Shown here: piece after piece, positions 1-8,523 of the stretch
Numbering within the stretch: position 1 is the stretch's first letter
Layout of the letters: each line of letters begins with the position of its first letter
NCBI GenBank assembly: GCA_049599895.1
Contig: JBMYPC010000025.1
Coordinates: forward strand, 1-28,649
Source of the DNA: Bacteriovoracaceae bacterium
Lineage (GTDB): Bacteria > Bdellovibrionota > Bacteriovoracia > Bacteriovoracales > Bacteriovoracaceae
Length of the DNA stretch: 28,649 nucleotides
Reading direction: 5' to 3'
The notes under the pieces: generated by a model
Told to the model about the DNA's origin: nothing
The model's database searches: none
The model's input: the letters and a program-made list of their open reading frames with translations, nothing else
Made by a program: the position numbers and the translations under genes

Positions 1-935
1 TCGTCCTTTGAAGCTTCCACAGCAGCCTGCATGTGAACGTTACCCATAAGGTTTCTCGTAATCTTTAAGGCGGTGAGGATGGGGACACCTGAGTTTAAAA
101 GGGTGGCCAAACTTGAACAAAACCGACTGACATTAATCATAGTGACCAGTTCAGAGACTACAGGAATTTTAAGTAAAAGGTTATCCCACCATTTCCGACC
201 TTTTTCTGTGGCAATATATTTTTTTAAGAAATAATAGCCCATGAAAATTCCGAGAATAATGGCCCACCAATAATTTTGAATAAAGTCAGAGAGTGCAATA
301 GTGACTTCAGTTAGAAATGGCAGCTCTTTTCGGGAGTTTTTAAAAATCTTAGTGATTTCAGGAATAACGAAAGTAAAGATAATTCCCATCATCAAAGAGC
401 CAGCACCAATCATGATCATTGGATAAGTGAGGGCCGATTTAATTCTGTTTTTAAGTTTTTGTTGAGACTCTGTAAATTCAGCAAGTCTTAAGAGAACCAC
501 ATCAAGTGTTCCTGAAGCCTCACCCGCTTCAACCATATTAATATAAACGTTATTAAAGACTTTAGGATATTCAGAGAGGGCCTTAGCTAAAGAGATCCCT
601 TCATTAACTTTTTGCTTTACGTTTGAGAGAATCTCCCGCATTTTGGGATGGTCTGATTGGTTTTCGAGAGCTTGAAGGGCCTCAACAATCTGAATTCTTG
701 CTTTAACAAGGGTTGAAAACTGTCTTGTCATGAGGGCAAGATCAGCAATGGAAATACCTGTTCCAAATTGAAAAGAGCTTCCGCCACCAGAAGCGGACTT
801 TTGCTCTTTAATTTCTGTGAGCATTATTCCTTGGCCCATGAGTTTTTGCTTGGCAGAGGCCACACTTTCAGATGAGATAGTCGCTTTGACTTCTTTTCCT
901 GTTTTATTTAAACCTTTGTAAGCATAGATCGCCAT
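1..935 (-). CDS. gspF: Type II secretion inner-membrane platform protein GspF/PilC family (partial; 3' end beyond left edge)
   Basis: Not in the ORF track. Translated by hand from ATG at 935: MAIYAYKGLNKTGKEVKATI...LALMTRQFSTLVKARIQIVEAL...VNEGISLAKALSEYPKVFNNVYINMVEAGEASGTLDVVLLRLAEF...ALTYP...SRFCSSLATLLNSGVPILTAL, typical T2SS-F motifs. GGGAAGAG precedes the ATG; lies directly downstream of gspE. Confidence 0.95.
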   Translation of the reverse strand, partial: MAIYAYKGLNKTGKEVKATISSESVASAKQKLMGQGIMLTEIKEQKSASGGGSSFQFGTGISIADLALMTRQFSTLVKARIQIVEALQALENQSDHPKMREILSNVKQKVNEGISLAKALSEYPKVFNNVYINMVEAGEASGTLDVVLLRLAEFTESQQKLKNRIKSALTYPMIMIGAGSLMMGIIFTFVIPEITKIFKNSRKELPFLTEVTIALSDFIQNYWWAIILGIFMGYYFLKKYIATEKGRKWWDNLLLKIPVVSELVTMINVSRFCSSLATLLNSGVPILTALKITRNLMGNVHMQAAVEASKD

Positions 936-978
936 GAACTCTTCCCGTGGAGCTAACAATAATTAAGATATTGTTATC

Positions 979-1008
979 ATTATAACAACAGTCGATTGTT
1001 ACTGCGAA
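979..1008 (-). promoter_or_regulatory. Putative sigma70 promoter for gspF (extended -10 TGTTATAAT, -35 TTCGCA)
   Basis: Minus strand reads TTCGCA (1008-1003), 18-nt spacer, TATAAT (984-979) preceded by TG-n; the -10 lies 43 nt upstream of the gspF ATG in the 139-nt gspE-gspF gap. Confidence 0.55.
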
Positions 1009-1074
1009 GTGAAATAAAAGAAAAGTCTGTGTTAACACGAGTGCAAAAAACGGTTATTAGGAGAACTATGAACT

Positions 1075-2808
1075 CTATTCGGTCATCTCTTCAGAGTTAA
1101 CCACTCGGATAATTTCTTCAATTGAAGTGATTCCTCTGAAAACTTTACTCATTGCTGAATCTTTAAGGGTGGTCATACCTTCAGCAACGGCAACTTTTTT
1201 AAGTCTCGAAGCATCAGCTTTTTCCATGACAAGAGAGCGGATTTCATCTGAGATGAGCATCAGTTCTGAGATCGTGGTTCGTCCGCTGTAACCGCGGTAG
1301 TTACAGTCAGGACAGCCCTTTGGGCTATAAAAGGTCGCATTTTCTGGAATTTCAGTTAAACCCAGAGCTTTCATTTCAGATTTAGTGATTGTGTGTTCCT
1401 CTTTACATTCGGGGCAAAGAGTTTGAATTAGCCTTTGGGCAAGAACTCCTACGAGAGAGGAGGCAATTAAAAAAGGCTGAACTCCCATATCAATCAGTCT
1501 GTTTGGCGCCGATGGGGCATCGTTAGTGTGAAGTGTAGAGAGAACAAAGTGACCGGTAAGTGAGGCTTCGATGGCCATGGTGGCAGTCTCAACGTCCCGA
1601 GTTTCACCGACCATTATCACATCCGGATCCTGTCTTACGATGGCCCTAAGGGACCTAGCAAAAGAGAGATCAATCTTTGAGTTCACTTGTATTTGAGAAA
1701 TCCCAGGAATCTCGTATTCCACTGGATCTTCAACTGTAATAATCATTTTATCTGGGTCATTAATACGATCAAGAATCGCTGAAAGAGTCGTTGTCTTACC
1801 AGAACCTGTTGGACCGGTGACGTAAAGAACCCCGTGTTTTCGTCTTGAGAGTTCATCCATATGTTTAAGAACAACACCTTCAAAGCCTAGAGTTTCAAGG
1901 GCAAGAATCTTATCTGTTTTTTCAAGAACCCTCATAACGATTCGTTCACCGTTTTGCACTGGAACGGTACTCAAACGAATATCGATATCTTTACCGGCCA
2001 TCTTGATTTTGATACGACCATCTTGAGGAAGTCGTTTTTCAGCAATATCAAGTTTTGCCATAACTTTAATTCTTGAACTTACTGCTGCCTGAGTTTTAAG
2101 AGGTTGTCTTAGAATCTCTTGCATAACCCCATTGATTCGAAAACGATAAACAACGTCTCGCTCGTAAGGTTCAATATGAATATCTGAAGCCTTCTCTTTT
2201 ACTGCGCGAAAAATGATTGAACTCACAAATCTTTTAACAGGAGCTTCATCTTCTCCTGCGTCGAGAATATCAATTGGCCCATCAAGATCCATACTTTCAT
2301 CGAATTCATCTTCAAGAGAGTCAACAAGGTTTCGATTCGCCTTCTCATAAACTCTGTTGATGGCATCAACAAGAGGGGTGGGGGCAGTAACGGTAATTCT
2401 AATCTCTTTTCGAAAAATTTCTTTAAGATCGTTAAGAACATTTTCATTAAAAGGGTCAGCGATAAGAACCCAAATTTCATCACTGGTTTCAAGAAATGGG
2501 AGTATATAATTTGATTTGGCGTAGTTAATAGGGATGTCGATAGTGAGATTAGGATCAATCTCATTGACGTCAATTTGTTCAACATAATCAAGATCAAGTT
2601 GTTTACAGACAACTTTTACGATCTCGTGAGATTGAATGTATTCCTTTTCAACAAGAATTTCACCAAGAAGCCCACCGTGACTTTGCTGGTATTTAATGGC
2701 CTCATTGAGTTGATCTTCAGTCAGACTCGTCGTCTCAATGAGAATCTCACCGATCTTTTTTTGCTCAAGAGGATGTATTTCTGTTAGAAAGTCAGAGAGT
2801 TGAACCAC
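1075..2808 (-). CDS. gspE: Type II secretion ATPase GspE with N-terminal MshEN-like domain
   Basis: ASDIHIEP, RLPQDGRI, Walker A GPTGSGKTT, TVEDPVE, RQDPDVIMVGETRD, TGHFVLSTLHTND, Zn motif CPEC...CPDC; GTG start with AAGGGA RBS; between gspD and gspF. Confidence 0.96.
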   Translation of the reverse strand: MVQLSDFLTEIHPLEQKKIGEILIETTSLTEDQLNEAIKYQQSHGGLLGEILVEKEYIQSHEIVKVVCKQLDLDYVEQIDVNEIDPNLTIDIPINYAKSNYILPFLETSDEIWVLIADPFNENVLNDLKEIFRKEIRITVTAPTPLVDAINRVYEKANRNLVDSLEDEFDESMDLDGPIDILDAGEDEAPVKRFVSSIIFRAVKEKASDIHIEPYERDVVYRFRINGVMQEILRQPLKTQAAVSSRIKVMAKLDIAEKRLPQDGRIKIKMAGKDIDIRLSTVPVQNGERIVMRVLEKTDKILALETLGFEGVVLKHMDELSRRKHGVLYVTGPTGSGKTTTLSAILDRINDPDKMIITVEDPVEYEIPGISQIQVNSKIDLSFARSLRAIVRQDPDVIMVGETRDVETATMAIEASLTGHFVLSTLHTNDAPSAPNRLIDMGVQPFLIASSLVGVLAQRLIQTLCPECKEEHTITKSEMKALGLTEIPENATFYSPKGCPDCNYRGYSGRTTISELMLISDEIRSLVMEKADASRLKKVAVAEGMTTLKDSAMSKVFRGITSIEEIIRVVNSEEMTE

Positions 2809-2820
2809 TGTATTTCCCTT

Positions 2821-5256
2821 TTATTTCTTTTTCTTTGTCTTGGGAGTCACTTTCTTTTTTTCAACTCCGGCAGCACTTTGTTTTACGGTTTGAACAATAT
2901 CTTGATAGTTCGGAACCCCACCTGGAACAACTCTTGATTGATCTGGATTGTTTCGATCATACTGGTCTTTATATCGATCAGTTGATGTGGGATCAAAAAG
3001 TGGACCTTCTGATTGTTTGTCCACTTTTTCAAAAAGCCCTTTCATTGTTCCGCTAAAGCTATCATCATCACCAATGGTGTCTTTAAGGTGAAGGACACGA
3101 CGATTGATAACATCTTTTGTTGTCGCACTTGCGGTTTTCTCATAAGGAGCAAGGATTCGTGGAGTTAAAAAGAAAAGAAGATTAATCTTTTGTTTCTCAC
3201 GACTTTTGTTTTTAAAGAGCCAGCCAAGAATAGGGATGTCACCAAGAAGAGGAACTTTAGAGACTTGGGTTGATTCTCTGTCTCTCATAAGACCACCCAT
3301 TGCAATAGTGTCCTGATCTCTTACAACGACAGTGGTTTTGGCCGTTCTTGTTGTCGTTCCAACTCCTGATGCTTGCGAACCAGAATTAAGAACACGATTA
3401 GAGAAGTCATCGATCTTTTGAGTAATATTGAGCTTTATAAATCGAGTGACTTTATTAATTTGAGGTTTAATCTTTAAGTTAAGAGCAACTTTTTGTTGTT
3501 TCGTAGAAATTTGAGTTGAACCGTTTGCTGCATTAGTCGCTTCGGTTGTTGGAACTGTTTCACCAACTTCAAATTCAGCTTCTTCATTATCAAGAGCAAG
3601 AATTTGTGGAGTTGCGAGAACATTTGTTGCTGTATCTCTTGCGATAGCGGAAATGAGAGCGTTGATTGTATTAACTGTCAGGGTTTCTCCTCCAACATTC
3701 AATTCAACATCGTTACCAACACCTGCACCAACAAAAAGTCCACCAAGGTTTGTAATGTTATTGGTAAGAAGTCCTACAAGGTCAGCCTGACCACCATTGA
3801 AACCAGCTTTTTGAGCACTTCCCGCTCCATAAGCTCCAAGATAAGAAACTCCCCAGCCAGTAGTTTTAGAAACGTTCGTTTCCATAATCATCCCTTCCAC
3901 ATAGACTTGGTCTCGGGGGATATCAAGTTTTTTAATAACTGATTTTAAGGTGAGATAATCTGTTGGTGAAGCTGTAACAACTAGAGCATTATTGTCTTCA
4001 TCTGCTGTAACTTTTACTTTGTCATTAAAGAGTGTTGCCGAATCATCTTGGCTTGAGCTTGAAAGCCTTGAAGTTGGACGCCTACTCTTTGAGTTTGTCG
4101 GAGCAGCTCCACTGACGAGAGAGGTAAGTGTTGAAGCAAGTTTTTTTGCGTCTCCATAGTTGAGATAATAAACATGGATTTGGTTTCCTTGACCTGAAAC
4201 GAGCCTTACATCAAGTTTATCAATGAGTTTTCTTAACTGTTCAGCTCCTTGAGCATTGGCCATGGCAATAATCGAGTTTGTTCGTGGCTCGGCGATAATC
4301 TTTGAGATATTTTCAGATGATCCCGTCCCGGATTTGGATGATCTTGATTTGGAACGTGAGCCAGTCTTTTGTTTAAGAATCTTATCAAGAAGTTTGGCAA
4401 TTTCTTGAGCAGAGGAGTTTTTAACTGGAATGATTTGAAGGGCCACCTCGTGTCCAGGAACGTCAATAAACTTAATCAGTCTTAGAAGACGTTGGATGTT
4501 ACTACCAGTGTCTTGAACAATAATAGTGTTTGTTTGTTTGATATCAATGATACGACCATAACGAGACATAAAAGGTCTAAATGATCTTGTAACCTCAGTA
4601 GAGTCGATATTTTTTAGAGGGATAATCCTCATCACATAATTTTCTGTATCTGGGGTATAGGCACCAGTATAGATTTTTGTTGGAGTGTAACGAATATCCC
4701 TAGCCTGAACAATTTGATAAAATGTTCCACTTTTAACCAATGTATAACCATTAATATTAAGAGCTGTGAGGTAAGCTCTCCATGCATCACCGACAGTGAT
4801 AGCAGAAGGCGCCATAATAGAGATTTTACCTTTTAAGTCTTTATCGAGAATCAAATTGATCCCCGTTAATTTTTGCATATGCTTTGTAAGATCAACTAAA
4901 GAGATATTTTGAAAGTCAAAGCTTGTCACAATCTCAGGTCCAAAAGCTGTTTCAGGGTTAAGATTTACAAATTTTGGATCTTTTGCTGTTGAGCTACCGG
5001 TGATAGTGCTTCTTCCAAAAATGTTTTGATTACTTCCGCCAATTTTCTTTCTTGCTGATTCTGAAGCTGATCGAGCTTGTCCTGGAGCACTTTCATTTGC
5101 TGGAGTGACTTTGACTGCAGACTCAGGAGCATTTCCTGATTGGGGAGGTGTGAAGTTCGTTTTTGATTTAAACTTCTTAAACTGAGCTTCAGCGAGGTTT
5201 GAGCCTAAAAGAGCAGCAGAGGTGGCAAAGAGAATGGGAAGCTTTTTGGTTTTCAT
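2821..5256 (-). CDS. gspD: Type II secretion secretin GspD
   Basis: Signal peptide (MKTKKLPILFATSAALLGSNLAEA), N-domains, secretin motifs LDIPRDQVYVEGMIME, NVLATPQILALDNEEA, KVPLLGDIPILGWLFK, LLFFLTPRIL. Start moved from TTG 5277 to ATG 5256 (AAAAGGA upstream). Confidence 0.95.
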   Translation of the reverse strand: MKTKKLPILFATSAALLGSNLAEAQFKKFKSKTNFTPPQSGNAPESAVKVTPANESAPGQARSASESARKKIGGSNQNIFGRSTITGSSTAKDPKFVNLNPETAFGPEIVTSFDFQNISLVDLTKHMQKLTGINLILDKDLKGKISIMAPSAITVGDAWRAYLTALNINGYTLVKSGTFYQIVQARDIRYTPTKIYTGAYTPDTENYVMRIIPLKNIDSTEVTRSFRPFMSRYGRIIDIKQTNTIIVQDTGSNIQRLLRLIKFIDVPGHEVALQIIPVKNSSAQEIAKLLDKILKQKTGSRSKSRSSKSGTGSSENISKIIAEPRTNSIIAMANAQGAEQLRKLIDKLDVRLVSGQGNQIHVYYLNYGDAKKLASTLTSLVSGAAPTNSKSRRPTSRLSSSSQDDSATLFNDKVKVTADEDNNALVVTASPTDYLTLKSVIKKLDIPRDQVYVEGMIMETNVSKTTGWGVSYLGAYGAGSAQKAGFNGGQADLVGLLTNNITNLGGLFVGAGVGNDVELNVGGETLTVNTINALISAIARDTATNVLATPQILALDNEEAEFEVGETVPTTEATNAANGSTQISTKQQKVALNLKIKPQINKVTRFIKLNITQKIDDFSNRVLNSGSQASGVGTTTRTAKTTVVVRDQDTIAMGGLMRDRESTQVSKVPLLGDIPILGWLFKNKSREKQKINLLFFLTPRILAPYEKTASATTKDVINRRVLHLKDTIGDDDSFSGTMKGLFEKVDKQSEGPLFDPTSTDRYKDQYDRNNPDQSRVVPGGVPNYQDIVQTVKQSAAGVEKKKVTPKTKKKK

Positions 5257-5293
5257 TGCTTTTAAATTCCTTTTCAAAAGCGTTAATCAACTT

Positions 5294-6460
5294 TTATTCG
5301 AAGTTGTATTCTTTTGTTACATGGGAGCCATTGCGTTGGACACCCAGTTCAAATTGATCAATTTCACTAATTTTACTAAACGTGTTCATTATCTGATTGA
5401 GGTTGGTAATAGGCTTTCCATTAATCGAATTAATGATGTCACCATTTTGGATATCAATCTTTGAATAAAAGCTTCCAGGAACAATTTCCGTCATTTTAAA
5501 ACTTAATGTACCATCAGCATTTTTAATTTGTATTGCGAGGGCCTGAGTGAGAAGTTCGTCAATATTAGCAAGAAGCTTATCTCTTTCCGATTTCTTGATT
5601 GTGAAAGTATTACCCTCTGATTTGATTCCAGCAGCATCCTTTTGCAAAAGTTTCTTTCCCTTTTTAGGTGAAAGGATTTGGTAGTTGGCAATTTTAGATT
5701 TCTTTCGGCCTTTGTTTGGATCCTTACTCTGGATATATTCACACTGCCCATTATCAAGGTTTTTAAAGACAACTCTTAGTCTTTGAATCTTTTCAATTTT
5801 GGCCATGCCTTCAACTTGGTCGCCTTCACGAACAGTGAGAGCATCTTTTTTCCCGCGAATTTGAACAGCTGCGATGGATTTTACAGAGTCTTGCAGAACA
5901 ACGGTGTGCTCAAGTTTGAGGGGAAGAGTACTTCGTTTGTCTGCTTCATCACATTTAAGATTGATATCAGCGAGGACTGGTTTCTTTTGTGGTTCTGGAG
6001 CTTGTTGACTTGATTCGTGCTTGGCAGCTTTAAAGAGATCATTTTGATCAAGAGCTGCTAAGTCTTTATTGAGACTAAGATTTGGAGAATGGGAAGTGAG
6101 TTGTTTGGGAGCTTTATTAGCTGTTGGTTGAACAGTTAGAGCACTTCCAATCATTTGGCCCATCATCACTGCTGAACTAAGACTCAATGTCCAAATAAAG
6201 GCTTTGTGAACTCCTGCTTTAGCCGATTCTGAAAACAGTCCTTGCACTAGGGTTTCAATATTGAAGGGCTTTTTGTCAGCATTTTTAATTTTTGATTGGT
6301 AGAGCTCTTTACTTTGCTCTTTAATCTTAGTGGCGAACTGTCCAAGTTTTTCTTTGAAGTTTGATGCAGGGGAAGACGGAACCTCTGCATCATCGGGAAC
6401 GTCTTTACTCGGTGGGGACTTTTTAAATTTGTCTTTAATCTTGTCGAGATATTTTTTCAT
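5294..6460 (-). CDS. gspC: Type II secretion protein GspC (cytoplasmic N-region, single TM, HR domain, C-terminal PDZ)
   Basis: One hydrophobic segment (AFIWTLSLSSAVMMGQMIG), HR-like LPLKLEHTVV...SIAAVQ...VREGDQVEG, PDZ EIVPGSFYSKIDIQNGDIINSING...VQRNG; first gene of gspCDEF. Confidence 0.88.
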   Translation of the reverse strand: MKKYLDKIKDKFKKSPPSKDVPDDAEVPSSPASNFKEKLGQFATKIKEQSKELYQSKIKNADKKPFNIETLVQGLFSESAKAGVHKAFIWTLSLSSAVMMGQMIGSALTVQPTANKAPKQLTSHSPNLSLNKDLAALDQNDLFKAAKHESSQQAPEPQKKPVLADINLKCDEADKRSTLPLKLEHTVVLQDSVKSIAAVQIRGKKDALTVREGDQVEGMAKIEKIQRLRVVFKNLDNGQCEYIQSKDPNKGRKKSKIANYQILSPKKGKKLLQKDAAGIKSEGNTFTIKKSERDKLLANIDELLTQALAIQIKNADGTLSFKMTEIVPGSFYSKIDIQNGDIINSINGKPITNLNQIMNTFSKISEIDQFELGVQRNGSHVTKEYNFE

Positions 6461-6729
6461 AGTAATTTGAGATTAAAATTTAGTGTTTTTAAATACTTCT
6501 CTTTTACTATTGTAGTTTTATAGGCCATTTGCATCAACATAATTTGGAAAAAATTACTGCAAAAGATTGTAAAGTTTAGAATAGTCGAGTTGTTGGCTCG
6601 GGCAAGACTCTGTTTAAAAAAGAATATTTGTTCTAAAGCATGCAAAACTTCAATTACTTCTAGGCTTCATGCAATGACAGTACTATCATTATTATCGGAA
6701 AATATTGAAGACCTAAAGAGGATTCAAAA

Positions 6730-6745
6730 CTCACAGAGCTGTGAG
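6730..6745. promoter_or_regulatory. Perfect dyad CTCACAG-AG-CTGTGAG upstream of the acyl-CoA dehydrogenase RBS (putative operator or hairpin)
   Basis: 7-bp inverted repeat with 2-nt spacer ending 7 nt before AAGGAG (6753-6758). Confidence 0.4.
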
Positions 6746-6765
6746 GATTGAAAAGGAGAATAAAA

Positions 6766-8523
6766 ATGTCAGATAAATTGCCTTCCGTTGTCGGTAGTTT
6801 CTTTTACGGTGAAGTCGACGAAAGATCGATCATTCCTTTTCCAAGATTTACAGATGATCAGCAAGAAATGGCAAAGGCCATGCTCGATGCAGTTGATAAG
6901 TTCAGTGAAAGTTCAATTGATTCAGAAAAGTTTGATGAAGTGTCAAAGATACCAGATGAAGTGATTAAGGGTTTGGCTGAACTCGGACTTTGTGGATTAG
7001 CGGTACCGGAAGAGTATGGTGGTATGAGTCTTGATTACTCACTTTATTCTCGAGTCTTCGAACAACTTGCTGGTATTGATGGAGCAATTGCCACAACTCT
7101 TGGGGCCCATCAATCCATTGGCTATAGAGCTGTTATTAATGAAGGCAGCGAAGAGCAAAAGAAAAAATATCTGCCAAAGCTTGCAAGTGGTGAATGGATT
7201 GCTGCTTTTTGTTTAACTGAGCCTTCAAGTGGTTCTGATGCTTATTCAATTAAAACCAAAGCTGTGAAGAACTCCGATGGAACTTATACACTCAATGGTC
7301 AAAAACTTTGGATTACGAATGCGGGAATGGCCCAAGTCTACACGGTGTTTGCTAAAACCGAGCACGAGAAAGATGGAAAGACAGTAGAGAAGATTAGCTG
7401 TTTTATCGTTGAAAAAGATTATGAAGGTGTAAGCTTCGGAGAAAAAGAAAATAAAATGGGAATTCGTGCTTCGGAAACTCGAGCCGTTTATTTTGATAAC
7501 GTTAAACTCCCAGCTGATAGTCTTGTGGGTGTTGAGGGTAAAGGCTTTAAAATCGCCATGAACGTCTTAAACTCAGGAAGGCTTTCCCTTGGTTCTGGTT
7601 GTGTTGGTGGCATGAAAGCGATTCTCAAGCTTGCGACTGAACATGCAACCGGACGAAAGCAGTTTGGAAAGACTATTAATGAGTTCGGTCTTATTCAAGA
7701 AAAACTTGCTACGATGGCCGCCAATATCTTCGCCACAGAGTCCATCGTTTATTTTACAACTGGAAATATGGTTCGTGGGATGGATGAATACTATTTAGAG
7801 TCCGCCATTTGTAAGATCTATGGATCTGAGATGTTGTGGGAAACAGTTGATATGGGTCTTCAGATTGCTGCTGGTAATGGCTATATGAAAGAATATCCCT
7901 ATGAAAGGATTATGCGAGACGCTCGTATTAATCTTATCTTTGAAGGAACCAATGAAATCTTAAGATGTTTTGTTGCTCTCTCAGGAATCAAAGGGCCTTC
8001 GGAGAGTTTAAAAGAGCTAGGGAAAATTTCCGATGTTTCTAAAGCGATTCAAGATCCTATTAAAAGTCTTGGGGTTCTTACTGACTTTGCCAAAGGTCGA
8101 ATTTCGAAAATGTTTATGACTCGATCTCTTGTTAATGTGACTCCAGAGCTTGAAGAGGAGAGTGAAGAGTTTTCTAATATGCTTAGTGGTTTTGCCATTC
8201 AAGTTGAAAATACTCTCATAAAGTATGGAACAAAAATTGTTGATCACGAACTTCCTCAAGGAAGACTTTCGAATATGGCGACTCAGCTCTATATTATGAT
8301 TGCAGTTATGTCGAGAACCACATCAATTATGAATGATGAAAATATCTCGCAAGAGAAAAAGAAAGCATTTTTAAATACTGCAAAACTAAGTCTTCGAATG
8401 GCCAGATCACAATTCATTTCAAACTCAAAGGCCATGAGTAAGAATTACGATAGATTGATAAAAGATATCTCAACACAGGTGTCTGAAGATGGGGGCTATG
8501 GCTTCGAAATTGTGGATTACTAA
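6766..8523 (+). CDS. Acyl-CoA dehydrogenase, VLCAD/ACAD9-like long form
   Basis: LGAHQSIG, AFCLTEPSSGSDA, LNGQKLWITN, KMGIRAS, RKQFGKTI, IFEGTNEILR (catalytic Glu) and a C-terminal helical extension typical of VLCAD/ACAD9. Start moved to ATG 6766 after AAGGAG. Confidence 0.93.
   Translation: MSDKLPSVVGSFFYGEVDERSIIPFPRFTDDQQEMAKAMLDAVDKFSESSIDSEKFDEVSKIPDEVIKGLAELGLCGLAVPEEYGGMSLDYSLYSRVFEQLAGIDGAIATTLGAHQSIGYRAVINEGSEEQKKKYLPKLASGEWIAAFCLTEPSSGSDAYSIKTKAVKNSDGTYTLNGQKLWITNAGMAQVYTVFAKTEHEKDGKTVEKISCFIVEKDYEGVSFGEKENKMGIRASETRAVYFDNVKLPADSLVGVEGKGFKIAMNVLNSGRLSLGSGCVGGMKAILKLATEHATGRKQFGKTINEFGLIQEKLATMAANIFATESIVYFTTGNMVRGMDEYYLESAICKIYGSEMLWETVDMGLQIAAGNGYMKEYPYERIMRDARINLIFEGTNEILRCFVALSGIKGPSESLKELGKISDVSKAIQDPIKSLGVLTDFAKGRISKMFMTRSLVNVTPELEEESEEFSNMLSGFAIQVENTLIKYGTKIVDHELPQGRLSNMATQLYIMIAVMSRTTSIMNDENISQEKKKAFLNTAKLSLRMARSQFISNSKAMSKNYDRLIKDISTQVSEDGGYGFEIVDY

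Noticed and set aside
2223..6013. Short alternative-frame and antisense ORFs inside gspE, gspD and gspC
   Set aside because: Nested in well-supported genes, no motifs, composition typical of shadow frames.
6457..6645. 62-aa minus-strand ORF abutting the gspC start
   Set aside because: F/L/N/K-rich translation of AT-rich intergenic DNA, no RBS or recognisable motif.
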